Shown here piece by piece: positions 54,237-63,892 of a stretch of 64,000 bases of DNA. Each line of letters opens with the position of its first letter. Within the stretch, counting starts at the first letter, position 1. Origin of the DNA: an uncultured virus (IMG/VR IMGVR_UViG_3300042882_000732). Its lineage: Duplodnaviria; Heunggongvirae; Uroviricota; Caudoviricetes. The notes below the pieces were generated by a model. It had not been told where the DNA came from, ran no database searches, and saw only the letters and a list, made by a program, of their open reading frames with translations. A program made the translations under genes and the position numbers. Where the stretch lies: positions 1 through 64,000 of the IMG/VR virus record IMGVR_UViG_3300042882_000732; one strand, given 5' to 3'.

Positions 54237-54692
54237 TCAGACAATGTTTACTGAAACTTTTGCATAGCCGTCAGCATCTTTACTGCTGAGGAATTGACCA
54301 ATCTTAGCAGCACTACTGGCACTTGATGTGCCAATTAAACCACTAACACCTACATAAGCAGCATCTCCAGCGGCTGGACTAATTCCAGCGACTAGCATGT
54401 TTGTTACAACTTCTCCTTGACGCAAAAGTGTAACTTTGCCACCAACCTGAACCTCATCTTTGTACCAATTGATATGTTGTCTTGTGAGATCAAGATCAAC
54501 AACATCATTTAGTAAAACGCCAACTGGTTTGCCAGTGACGGCTGATGCATATTCTACGACAGCGCCTGCATCGTCCATAGAAGCTCCGGCTCCGCTTGTT
54601 TTAACACAAGCAATGCCGCCTCTAAACTCTTTTGCTGTCATGAAGAAAGAAACGTTTGTTAAAAGTTCTACGCGATCTGGTTTTAGAGCCAT
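54237..54692 (-). CDS. Capsid decoration/cement protein
   Basis: Between scaffold and MCP; PVGVLL, GKVTLL, AGDAAYV.G, IGQFLS pattern. Confidence 0.65.
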   Translation of the reverse strand: MALKPDRVELLTNVSFFMTAKEFRGGIACVKTSGAGASMDDAGAVVEYASAVTGKPVGVLLNDVVDLDLTRQHINWYKDEVQVGGKVTLLRQGEVVTNMLVAGISPAAGDAAYVGVSGLIGTSSASSAAKIGQFLSSKDADGYAKVSVNIV

Positions 54693-54694
54693 TT

Positions 54695-56215
54695 TTATTC
54701 TCCCTTATTGAGTGTTTTGCCTAATCTGCTACAAACAAAATCTACTAAAGCAGCTCTGGTATTGGAAACTTCTGTTTCAGGTTCGCCTCCAACTCCGAGT
54801 TCTACTGTCTGTTCTGGTTCTGCTGTTTCAAGAACAGATTCATCAGCAATTTCTTCTGATGCTTTCTTCTTTTCTACAACTTCTGGCTTAGCTTCTTTTT
54901 TCATAGCAGAAACTAGAAGAGTTTTGATGCCTTCAAAAGAAGAATCATCAAGATGCTCAAACTGATCTACTGTAGCAATGACTGTATCATTATTAAGACC
55001 AGTTTCAAGAAGATCTGCTACTCTTTTCATTTTCTTTTCTTTTTTAGCCATTTCTTCTTCTTTCATTTTATATCCAGCGATTACTTCATTAGCAGCTTCA
55101 AGTTCGCTTTTGACTTTTTTCATTTCTTCTTCTTTGGTCATTTCTTCTTCTGTTTTTTTCTTGGCTGCTTCTTCTTTCTCAATAACAGCAGCTTCTAAAG
55201 CAGCGGTTAGCTCAGCGATTTTATCTTCATGAGCTTTAATAGCAGTTTCTAAAATATTGGTTTGTTCTTTTAGCTCTGAAGCCTGAGCATAAGCATCTTT
55301 TACGGCATCTGAGCAATTGTTCATAGCCTCTAGTTTTGTTTTCATATCAGCTATTTCTTGTTCTACGCTCATAGTGACATTCTCCATTTGTGCTGTTGAC
55401 GTAATTGTAGATACACCTGATAATATTAAATCGTCTTTTTTTTCTGTCAAATTAACTAAATTTTGATTATCTTTATCGTTTAATAAAATGTCTTTGGTAA
55501 ATATAACACTATCTGGATTAGCTGGTCTATCAACAAAGCCTTTGCCAGAAAAGGTTACATTTCTTAAAACTCTACCAACTTTGTATCCATCATGTTCTCC
55601 TATTCCACCATAAGCCCTAAGGTGTTTGGTCAAAAATGCAGTGTCATTATTCCTGGCTAAAACTTTAAATTCTCCAGTATCTTTATTTTGTAATCCATAA
55701 TCAAAACCCTTAAAATAGCATTCCATACTAACGTATTTTGTTCCATTTTCTATTTCAGATATTAATTTTTCTGATCTTCCTTTTAACTCAGGATTAGTAA
55801 ATGCTCTATAAATAACAGATCCAGTTAATATGTGATATTTATTTGGAAGATTTTCTATTGGAGTATTATCATTTATTAATATTCCGTCATCCGTAATAGG
55901 CCAATTTGATGTTATGTGCCCTATTATAAGAGCTTCGTCATGTTCTAAATTTGTTGGCTTATCTTCTGGAGTGTGTCTAGCTAGCCATATTTCTGATTTA
56001 TCAAATATATCGTCATTTTTATTCCAGCTAGAAGTTACTAAGATAGATTGAACATAATATAAGTCATTATCACTTAAAGAAGCTAAAGATTTGATATTTT
56101 TAATATTATGATTATTAGATTCTGATGGTTCTACATGACAAGCATAACTAATAGATGCTTGCGATTTGATGCGTTCTTCTAAGCCATCTTGAATTTCTTG
56201 TTCAAAAACTAGCAT
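54695..56215 (-). CDS. Prohead protease fused to coiled-coil scaffold
   Basis: NKNDDIF, NLEHD, VSMEC and GFVDRPANP motifs, then a Glu/Lys-rich coiled coil; between portal and MCP. Confidence 0.7.
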   Translation of the reverse strand: MLVFEQEIQDGLEERIKSQASISYACHVEPSESNNHNIKNIKSLASLSDNDLYYVQSILVTSSWNKNDDIFDKSEIWLARHTPEDKPTNLEHDEALIIGHITSNWPITDDGILINDNTPIENLPNKYHILTGSVIYRAFTNPELKGRSEKLISEIENGTKYVSMECYFKGFDYGLQNKDTGEFKVLARNNDTAFLTKHLRAYGGIGEHDGYKVGRVLRNVTFSGKGFVDRPANPDSVIFTKDILLNDKDNQNLVNLTEKKDDLILSGVSTITSTAQMENVTMSVEQEIADMKTKLEAMNNCSDAVKDAYAQASELKEQTNILETAIKAHEDKIAELTAALEAAVIEKEEAAKKKTEEEMTKEEEMKKVKSELEAANEVIAGYKMKEEEMAKKEKKMKRVADLLETGLNNDTVIATVDQFEHLDDSSFEGIKTLLVSAMKKEAKPEVVEKKKASEEIADESVLETAEPEQTVELGVGGEPETEVSNTRAALVDFVCSRLGKTLNKGE

Positions 56216-56231
56216 AATTTAACCCTCGTTT

Positions 56232-58418
56232 TTAGTTAGTTGTATATATAAAAGAATAAAATGATGACTTTGCATATTTTTGTTCTTCAACAGTTAATTG
56301 CTTATCAAGCTGAGAAGATAATGACTTTAACCAATTATTATACCCCGTAATGATGTTTTTATTGTCTTCTTGATTAATATTACCAAATATTTTATGTATT
56401 AAATCATTTGATATATTGTCAAAAGGATTCATGGAAAAAAAGATTTTATTTTTAACCTGATCTAATTCTTTATTTTGTTCGTTTGATAGACTTCTTAAAT
56501 TTTTCTTATTAAAAAACTCTAACATAATAGGATTAATAATTTCATTAATTTTATCTTGGGCATCATTAGCCCAAATCAATAAGCTGGCTCCTGTTTGAGG
56601 AGAGAATACTTTGGTTTTCCTTTTTTCTTGATCTCTACTATTTTTTGGTCTACCTTGTCCTGGTTGTCCTGGTAATTGTTCATTAATATTTGGTTTAGGA
56701 GATTTAATTGGTGATGAAGGTATTTTTGACTCAAGAGCAGACTTTTCTCCTGGTTTTTTCTTATCTAATTCTAGACCGACCTGACTTGGTGTTACTATTC
56801 CTGTTTGTAGAGCAATTTTTCTCAAAGAATTGTCAAGCTCTGGATCAAACCACGGCCCTGCTTTTTGTACCATTCTATCACTATCTCTTTCTCTGCTTTC
56901 TCTATTTAGTCTAGTTTTTTCTATGTCTGGATCAAAACCAAATCTGCTTTGTAATAATTCATCACTTATTAGATTTCTATCAGCTAATTGAATGAGTAGT
57001 GCTTTCTCAGTATCCTCATTGCTTAGGTCCATTCTATCAAATTCAATTTTAGCTGGATATCTAAATCCCATAGCTTTTTGAACTAATGCTATCTCTTTTT
57101 CCCAAAAATCTATAAGAACATCTCTACCATACTGTAATCTTTGGGTTAATGTTTTTAAAGAAATAAAATTATTGGTAGTTCCTGCTGCTCCAAAAGTACC
57201 TGTAAGAGTTGGAGGAATACCAAGTCCAGCGTATATACTATTTAAATGTGGTATATATTTACTTTCTCCAAGAAAATTATGAACATTGGTGTTGCTCTCT
57301 AATAATTCTATATCTGGCCCCCAAACTAAATCCATTGTGCCTCCACCAACATTATTTCCTAAAATCTGAGCAAGCTTAGCTGTTGCTGCTTTAGTAGGGG
57401 CTATCTTATGCTCTAGACTGCCCAATTTAAAAATACGTATATTTGATATGGCTCCGTCTAAAGCTGCCATATCTGCTAATTTAAGTTTTTCAACTACTGT
57501 GATATCATCCATGATTGCATATATCATAGGAAATGCCCATATCTGCCAATCATCTTTTTTATAATGAAACACTAGTGTTTTGTTTGGGTCTAGAGGATAT
57601 GGTTTTTTGGCCCTAGCAGCTTCTATGATTTGTGATGGTAAATTACTAACTACTTCTTTTTCTCCTTCTGTACGAGGATTAAGAATAATTTTTCTTAAAG
57701 TACCAGGAACAATTAAATCGTATCTTTTATTACTTACGAATGAAGATAATTGACCAGCGCTCACTTCAACAAATACTGGATCGATAAATGTATATTTCCA
57801 AGGTATCTCTCTTTTTTCAAATTTATCATTATCTATGTCTAATACTTCTATATCTGCAGCCGCGGTGGCTTTATACATTTTATCAGCAGCTTTAATACTA
57901 AGTTTTGCTGTTTGTCTATGTACTACTACATTTGCCGTTTTATATAGATTATTTAAAAATCTTTCACTTCTATCTTTACCTTTAATCTTTTTGAACCAAG
58001 CTCTATAAAATCTTTCTATTCTTTTGTTTTTATGAACTAATTTTATTCCTTGAACAGCAAAGTCTCCCATGAGATCTATAACATTTTTTACTAAACCAAC
58101 TCTCTGATATATGTCTTCTGCTTTTCTAATGATTTCTTTACTTTTATTTGGAACTGCTTCGTCTGGCCTAAAATAATCATATGCGCTTCTGGTTAGTCCT
58201 GGGCGACTACCAGTATTTGTATCTAGTCTAGAATAATCCAATCCCCATCTTCTATAAGCTTCTGATTTTTGTATACCAGAATATTCTTCTAGAGAATGAG
58301 ATGATTCTTTTAGTGCATTTTTTTTGCTTTCTAAGTCATCTCCCCATGTAACATATGCTTCTTGATTTATTAAACTGGCGTCTTGTATAGCTTCACTTTT
58401 TGGATATTTTTTGGCCAT
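56232..58418 (-). CDS. Portal protein
   Basis: Directly after the large terminase; VKNVIDLM, IYAGLGIP, IEFDRMDL...LIQL.DR.LIS portal-like pattern. Confidence 0.8.
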   Translation of the reverse strand: MAKKYPKSEAIQDASLINQEAYVTWGDDLESKKNALKESSHSLEEYSGIQKSEAYRRWGLDYSRLDTNTGSRPGLTRSAYDYFRPDEAVPNKSKEIIRKAEDIYQRVGLVKNVIDLMGDFAVQGIKLVHKNKRIERFYRAWFKKIKGKDRSERFLNNLYKTANVVVHRQTAKLSIKAADKMYKATAAADIEVLDIDNDKFEKREIPWKYTFIDPVFVEVSAGQLSSFVSNKRYDLIVPGTLRKIILNPRTEGEKEVVSNLPSQIIEAARAKKPYPLDPNKTLVFHYKKDDWQIWAFPMIYAIMDDITVVEKLKLADMAALDGAISNIRIFKLGSLEHKIAPTKAATAKLAQILGNNVGGGTMDLVWGPDIELLESNTNVHNFLGESKYIPHLNSIYAGLGIPPTLTGTFGAAGTTNNFISLKTLTQRLQYGRDVLIDFWEKEIALVQKAMGFRYPAKIEFDRMDLSNEDTEKALLIQLADRNLISDELLQSRFGFDPDIEKTRLNRESRERDSDRMVQKAGPWFDPELDNSLRKIALQTGIVTPSQVGLELDKKKPGEKSALESKIPSSPIKSPKPNINEQLPGQPGQGRPKNSRDQEKRKTKVFSPQTGASLLIWANDAQDKINEIINPIMLEFFNKKNLRSLSNEQNKELDQVKNKIFFSMNPFDNISNDLIHKIFGNINQEDNKNIITGYNNWLKSLSSQLDKQLTVEEQKYAKSSFYSFIYTTN

Positions 58419-58432
58419 AATTTTTTAATTAT

Positions 58433-58458
58433 ATTGTAATAGGATTGTAATAGAATTG
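58433..58458. repeat. 11-bp tandem repeat upstream of portal
   Basis: ATTGTAATAGG ATTGTAATAGA ATTG on the + strand. Confidence 0.6.
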
Positions 58459-58467
58459 ATAAATTTA

Positions 58468-58473
58468 TACACC
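58468..58473 (-). promoter_or_regulatory. Putative late promoter element GGTGTA
   Basis: Immediately after the terminase stop, about 49 nt upstream of the portal start. Confidence 0.6.
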
Positions 58474-60510
58474 CTAGCGGTATATTCCTTTATATATATC
58501 ATCATTAACTTCAGAAGTAAACCAATCTGGCCCTTTATACATTTGACCATTAACATTAGATGTTAAATTTTTCATATTAGCTCCAATAACTTCATATTCT
58601 ATCGGTTTAAGACTATTTGTCATTTGTCGAGCCATCATATTAGCTATCACTAATGCGCTATAACGGTCTTTTCGCAATCTTCCTCTTTTTCCATTTGGCA
58701 TTTTAACTTCAGGAGTATCCCATCTATCTCTAGCGTTTGCTCCTGTGCTAGTTTGTGTCATTACAATAGTTGTTAATTCATTTTTTAGTTCTTCTATTTC
58801 TAAAATACATTCACTTAAACTATCATATAATGGATTTAAATCTGTTGACATAATATCTTTGCCTTCGCTATCTAAAGCTAATCCAAGACTAAGATTGTCG
58901 AATCTAGGAAATAAAGTTACCTTATCTTCAAAATCTTTTCTTAAACCATGGTTAGCCTGACCTGTCCAATCAGCCTTAGCAAATTGAACTAGCTCTAGTA
59001 TATGTAATCCTTGCTGATCATCGGTATCTTTTATTTTACTATTGTCTATAAAAGGCCATATTGGCAATTCATCAGCTTCAATTTTTGATGGGTCGTGCAA
59101 AGCTTCTTCTATCGCAACTCCGCCGCCCTGAGCATCCATCCCTATCCTAGCACATGGAAATGTTTTCATGAGATTCCTTATTTTTCTCGCACAAAATCCG
59201 TAAAAATCATGTTCATTAATAGTGCCGGCTTTTTGTCGTTCTTTAAAATTTGCTCTATTAGTTGTCCATACATAAACTATACGTCGATGGTTTGGATGTA
59301 TTTCTAAAACAACAATACTAAAATTATCTTGTTCGGATGCTGGGTCTATACCATAAACATATTGTAGATTTGCATTGCCTGTGGTTGTTGGTTCGAATAA
59401 AATGGGTTTATCGTCTATTAGTAGAGGTTTAGTATCTGAAACAACACAAGCTTCTATAAGGCTTCTGCGAAAGAATCCGTCGCTGTCTTCTGTAAAACAA
59501 GCAGCATATTCCATATTATATATACCGGTATGTATAGTAGCTTTAGCTCTACTTACCTGTTTGTCATCCATGAAACCTTTTGGAATTAATTCATATGGTA
59601 TTCTAATAATACTATAGTCTTTCCAATTAAAATTAGAGGGAACTTCTCCTTTAAAAATTTCTTGTAATTTTTGAGTGTCTCCTCTACTACTTATAATTTC
59701 TTTATATCTTCTCCAGTATACAGCAAAATGTTTAAAAGAATAATCAGCGGTACCAGAGATAATTGCTTGATTACCCATTTTTATACTAAGTTCTTCTAAT
59801 TTTTCGTTCCAAACTCCGGACTCTATCATTGCTTGTTTTTTTGCTTCTTCTTTAACGTTTTGTATAGGGTTTGCGGATACTGCTGCGAATCCAGACACAA
59901 CTGTTTCATATATGTCAGGAGATATGGATGCAAACTCGTCAGCTATGATTATGTGTGCTCTTAAGCCTCTAATCTTGGAACCGTCACCCATTGGTATAGC
60001 AACTGTCCAGCTATCTCCTAATCTCATTGTGCATCTATCAACGTCTCGTCTTGGCCCATCGTCATTACCATTATATATGCTTCTTAATATTGCGCTATTT
60101 TTCCAAATAGTTTCCATATATTCGAATATGATTTTACTTTGACGAAATGCTGCGCCAACAACAACAATTTTTGTACCAGGAATAAAGACGCATTTTAATA
60201 TACAATATAAAGCCATTAAAAAAGATTTACCAAATCCACGACTAGCTATGAACATGGGGAATGGTCTTATCCAAAATTCTTGTAATATTGCAACTTGTAT
60301 GGGGTGAAGCTCTATTCCAAATAATAGCTTTACTGTACTACCAAGATACTTGGGATCTTTTATAATTCTCATAAGATGCAAATCTGGATTTTCAATATCC
60401 TCTTTGCTTCTGTTGATCATAAGATTATGATCGATATTAATTAATGATAGATCTCCTAGGCCAAGCCAGGCATCATCAAAAAATTGGCTTGTCTTTTCTT
60501 TCGACTTCAT
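58474..60510 (-). CDS. terL: Terminase large subunit
   Basis: Walker A ASRGFGKS, IRGLR, Walker B IIIADE, nuclease YGIDPA and KDRYSAL. Confidence 0.92.
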   Translation of the reverse strand: MKSKEKTSQFFDDAWLGLGDLSLINIDHNLMINRSKEDIENPDLHLMRIIKDPKYLGSTVKLLFGIELHPIQVAILQEFWIRPFPMFIASRGFGKSFLMALYCILKCVFIPGTKIVVVGAAFRQSKIIFEYMETIWKNSAILRSIYNGNDDGPRRDVDRCTMRLGDSWTVAIPMGDGSKIRGLRAHIIIADEFASISPDIYETVVSGFAAVSANPIQNVKEEAKKQAMIESGVWNEKLEELSIKMGNQAIISGTADYSFKHFAVYWRRYKEIISSRGDTQKLQEIFKGEVPSNFNWKDYSIIRIPYELIPKGFMDDKQVSRAKATIHTGIYNMEYAACFTEDSDGFFRRSLIEACVVSDTKPLLIDDKPILFEPTTTGNANLQYVYGIDPASEQDNFSIVVLEIHPNHRRIVYVWTTNRANFKERQKAGTINEHDFYGFCARKIRNLMKTFPCARIGMDAQGGGVAIEEALHDPSKIEADELPIWPFIDNSKIKDTDDQQGLHILELVQFAKADWTGQANHGLRKDFEDKVTLFPRFDNLSLGLALDSEGKDIMSTDLNPLYDSLSECILEIEELKNELTTIVMTQTSTGANARDRWDTPEVKMPNGKRGRLRKDRYSALVIANMMARQMTNSLKPIEYEVIGANMKNLTSNVNGQMYKGPDWFTSEVNDDIYKGIYR

Positions 60511-60955
60511 ATATTTTTCTCATGAGAGCTTCTGCTATTTTTTCTGCATTATTGGCAGATCCACAAAATAATATTCTTATACCAAAATATATTTGAAATT
60601 CGTTAATATTTTTAATAATAAATGCTGGAGATATTTTTAATTTTTCCCAAACATGTCTAGGAACATTAGATCCAACTGGAAAATTATATATATCCTCCAA
60701 ATTAAATTCAAATAACATAAAAGGATATTTGTATTCTTTCATTCTATTAAGAACATCTTTAAATCTTTTTTCAGTAATATTGTTGGCAATTTCACTAACG
60801 CTCTTTTTCCTCTCAATGCATAGGATATTCTCTAATCCTTCTATGCTATAGTCTCCAGTGTCTAGTTTTCTTGAGGCAGTAGCTTGATATTTGAACTTCC
60901 AAGGCTGTTGCTCTCTAGTATCAACTATGATTGTAAAATCAGGATAACTTGTCAT
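60476..60955 (-). CDS. ERCC4-type nuclease
   Basis: IIVDTREQ, LDTGDYS and CIERKKS, the ERCC4 GDxnERK signature. Confidence 0.85.
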   Translation of the reverse strand: MTSYPDFTIIVDTREQQPWKFKYQATASRKLDTGDYSIEGLENILCIERKKSVSEIANNITEKRFKDVLNRMKEYKYPFMLFEFNLEDIYNFPVGSNVPRHVWEKLKISPAFIIKNINEFQIYFGIRILFCGSANNAEKIAEALMRKIYEVERKDKPIF

Positions 60956-61217
60956 TATTTTTACTCAGTATGATTCTTAAAAAGGCCACCTCGTATTGCT
61001 CTTCCATCCCTTTTATTGTATTGTGATGATCTCTGCACAAAGTTATTCCATTTGAGGTAACGAATCGTAAATTAGGATAATCGCTCCATTTTTTGATATG
61101 ATGAGCATTTAATTTTTTATTACTAGAGCACCCTGGCCACTGACAAGTGAATTTGTCTCTTTTATAAATATCAGATCTCCACTTTTTATATAAAGGATCA
61201 TCAAAATTTCTAAGCAT
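60939..61217 (-). CDS. HNH endonuclease
   Basis: RDKFTCQWPGC...AHHI...SNGITLCRDHH. Confidence 0.88.
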   Translation of the reverse strand: MLRNFDDPLYKKWRSDIYKRDKFTCQWPGCSSNKKLNAHHIKKWSDYPNLRFVTSNGITLCRDHHNTIKGMEEQYEVAFLRIILSKNNDKLS

Positions 61218-61219
61218 AA

Positions 61220-62206
61220 TTAATCTTTCTCTAGTTTTATATCTGAATCTACCATATCTTTTATTAAATTATCAAATGATATTTCTGGACGCCAGCCCAG
61301 TTCATTTTGAGCTTTTGTTGAAAGTCCTTTTAAATACTCTACCTCTGCTGGTCTATATAATTCAGGATCTATTTCGACGTATTCTTTATATGACAATCCT
61401 GCGTAATCAAATGCTTTTCTAACAAAGCTTAATACTGAATGGCTTTCTCCAGAAGAAATAACATAATCAGAAGGAGAATCTTTTTGTAACATTAGATGCA
61501 TAGCCTTTATATAGTCTTTTGCATGTCCCCAATCTCTGCTAGAATTTAAATTTCCAAGTTTAAGATTCTCATTAGTTTTTTTATTAATAACTTTGCCTAT
61601 ATATTTTGTTACTTTTCTTGTTACAAAGTTCTCGCCTCTTCTTGGGCTTTCGTGATTGAATAGTATTCCAGAGCACGTAAAAATATTATACGCATTTCTA
61701 TATATTTGAACCATTCTATGACTTGCTAATTTGGCAACACCATATGGATTTTGTGGCAAAAGTTCCGTATTCTCATCTTGGTATTTATTTCCTAAAGAAT
61801 CAGTAGAGAAATTTCTACCAAACATTTCACTGGTACTTGCTTGATAAAATTTAGTATCTGCAGAATAATGCCTAATAGCCTCTAGTATATTAATTACTCC
61901 AATAGTTCCTATCTCAAAAGTTGTTGAAGGTTGTTTGAAACTTGTTCCAACATGACTTTGTGATGCTAGATTATAAAATTCATCTGGCTGATATTTAGAA
62001 ATTAAAGATCCAACCACAGATGGATCTGTTACATCAAACTCCTCCAAATAAAAATTTGTATTCAATAAACTATGAGATAGTCTACTAAAATTATTAACAC
62101 TGGACCTTCTATGTAAACCAATAACTTTATATCCTTTTTCTAATAAATGATCCGATAAATAAGATCCGTCCTGTCCTGTTGCTCCGGATATCATTGCTAT
62201 TTTCAT
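61220..62206 (-). CDS. gmd: GDP-mannose 4,6-dehydratase
   Basis: GATGQDGSYL, YNLASQSHV, YQASTSEMFG, PYGVAK, LFNHESPRRG.NFVTRK, RDWGHA. Confidence 0.95.
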   Translation of the reverse strand: MKIAMISGATGQDGSYLSDHLLEKGYKVIGLHRRSSVNNFSRLSHSLLNTNFYLEEFDVTDPSVVGSLISKYQPDEFYNLASQSHVGTSFKQPSTTFEIGTIGVINILEAIRHYSADTKFYQASTSEMFGRNFSTDSLGNKYQDENTELLPQNPYGVAKLASHRMVQIYRNAYNIFTCSGILFNHESPRRGENFVTRKVTKYIGKVINKKTNENLKLGNLNSSRDWGHAKDYIKAMHLMLQKDSPSDYVISSGESHSVLSFVRKAFDYAGLSYKEYVEIDPELYRPAEVEYLKGLSTKAQNELGWRPEISFDNLIKDMVDSDIKLEKD

Positions 62207-62207
62207 A

Positions 62208-63035
62208 TCATTCCTCGTCCTTAATAATGCTTTCTGGAGTTAATAAAGGTCTATCTAATTTTTTATCATTATAAGAATGGTATTCTTGTAATTTATTCTT
62301 AAATTTTTCTGTAGCCATGGATAAAATTTCCATTTCTCTTCCTTCTCGTTCTCTTACTTCTTCATCTTCAAGCATTCTAATTAGTCCAACCCAGCTGCTT
62401 TTCCCATCTTCTATCCTTTTGATTCTTTGTTCTCTCGTTGCTTTAAGATCCTTACTGATTTTTTGCTGCTCATTAAGTAGTTTTGTATACTCGTTAGTAT
62501 AATTAGCAATGCTATTACGAGCAAAGCTAAGTTGAGTTTCAAGATTGGCTAATTTTGGAATATCTCTTTGATCTTCTGGTTTTTCATATTCTTTATCTAC
62601 TTGTCTTTGAAGTTTTTCAGTTTCTGCTATGTGCCTTTTTCTTTCTTTCATACTACGATTTATTAGAATATCTATTGTAATAAACTGTTTAATTTGTAAT
62701 TCTTCTGCTGGTAATACGTCTTCTCTAAATTGTTTAATAAGACTTACCCAAGTATTTTCGAAGTATTCTAGTTCGCCAGTGTCTTCGTCAAATTGTCTTT
62801 TTATTTCAGACCAAAAGTTTTTACTGTGTAATTTAATTTTTAAATATTCTATTTCTTCTTTAGAATCACCAGCTAATAATTGTTCCTCATTAATAAATCT
62901 TTTAATAGGATCTATATTTCTATTTAGATTATCTGCTATGCTTTGCAATGGCAGTCTTTGAACATTATCTCTGATGTATCTTTCTTCATCAAGACTTAAT
63001 TGTCCTCTTTTTTTAGGAACTTGTTTACTATCCAC
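62208..63035 (-). CDS. Coiled-coil protein with N-terminal HTH-like segment, possible terminase small subunit
   Basis: LQSIADNLNR HTH-like segment followed by helices; upstream of the packaging genes. TerS call is positional. Confidence 0.4.
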   Translation of the reverse strand: MDSKQVPKKRGQLSLDEERYIRDNVQRLPLQSIADNLNRNIDPIKRFINEEQLLAGDSKEEIEYLKIKLHSKNFWSEIKRQFDEDTGELEYFENTWVSLIKQFREDVLPAEELQIKQFITIDILINRSMKERKRHIAETEKLQRQVDKEYEKPEDQRDIPKLANLETQLSFARNSIANYTNEYTKLLNEQQKISKDLKATREQRIKRIEDGKSSWVGLIRMLEDEEVREREGREMEILSMATEKFKNKLQEYHSYNDKKLDRPLLTPESIIKDEE

Positions 63036-63679
63036 TCGTTATCCTCCATTAATTTTTGAATATGTTTTTGCAATTTAACTAAATTTTGTTTTGATAACTT
63101 TTCCCCATTTTTTAATTTGCAATAGTATTCTCTATATTCTGTCTCTATATTTTGATCTAGAAAATCTATAATCTCTTTATTTTGGATAGAAGATAATAGG
63201 TTATTTTCTGAAAAAATAGGATTATCTATTTCATTATCAATATACGTTGGTTGCATAATATTTTTCTTAGCATCATTTCTAGCTGCCCAAGCCGCATATA
63301 AGTCACAATCTTTTTTATTAGTATATTTAGAGCATTGATTATTTGAACACTTGTATGCTTTATCAAAAAGGGGACAAGTAAAACATGGCTTATCTGGTCT
63401 CTGGTAATTATTTCTTTTATAATTGAAAAGTCGATTTCTTACGTGGGTCCACAGAAAATTTTCTAATGGCCTAGAAGAGTCGTATTTTTCTAATCCTTCT
63501 AAAGCAAAAATAGCAGCCTGCTGCTTCATATCATCAAATTCATGATAGCCAAACTTGAATTTATGGCCTAGTCTTTTTGTTATATTATCTAATACCTTTA
63601 AAAAGTCCTCTTCGGAAACATCTTTTGGTAAAGATTTATTATTAGTTATTTTTAACTTTTTCTGTTTCTTTTGTCTCAT
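62996..63679 (-). CDS. Phage RNA polymerase sigma-70-like factor with Cys-rich insertion
   Basis: DDMKQQAAIFALEGLEKYD...NFLWTHVRNRLFNYKR is region-2-like; C-terminus is region-4-like. Confidence 0.75.
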   Translation of the reverse strand: MRQKKQKKLKITNNKSLPKDVSEEDFLKVLDNITKRLGHKFKFGYHEFDDMKQQAAIFALEGLEKYDSSRPLENFLWTHVRNRLFNYKRNNYQRPDKPCFTCPLFDKAYKCSNNQCSKYTNKKDCDLYAAWAARNDAKKNIMQPTYIDNEIDNPIFSENNLLSSIQNKEIIDFLDQNIETEYREYYCKLKNGEKLSKQNLVKLQKHIQKLMEDNEWIVNKFLKKEDN

Positions 63680-63803
63680 CTAGTAACTCTGCTATGGTCT
63701 TTGATTCTGGTAGATTTAATTCTTCTTCTGATATATGAAAATCAGCAGTTGCTTTAACATCTAATACAGATGGGACCAATTCAGAAAAATTTGGCTTATT
63801 CAT
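63642..63803 (-). CDS. Small hypothetical protein (53 aa)
   Basis: ATG at 63803 with AAGGAG RBS. Confidence 0.5.
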   Translation of the reverse strand: MNKPNFSELVPSVLDVKATADFHISEEELNLPESKTIAELLDETKETEKVKNN

Positions 63804-63892
63804 TAAAAACTCCTTGCGTAAAGTTAGCAACTCGTTACTATTATATAGTTTTATACACTTTAGTCAATATTTAATTATGAAAGGACCATATT

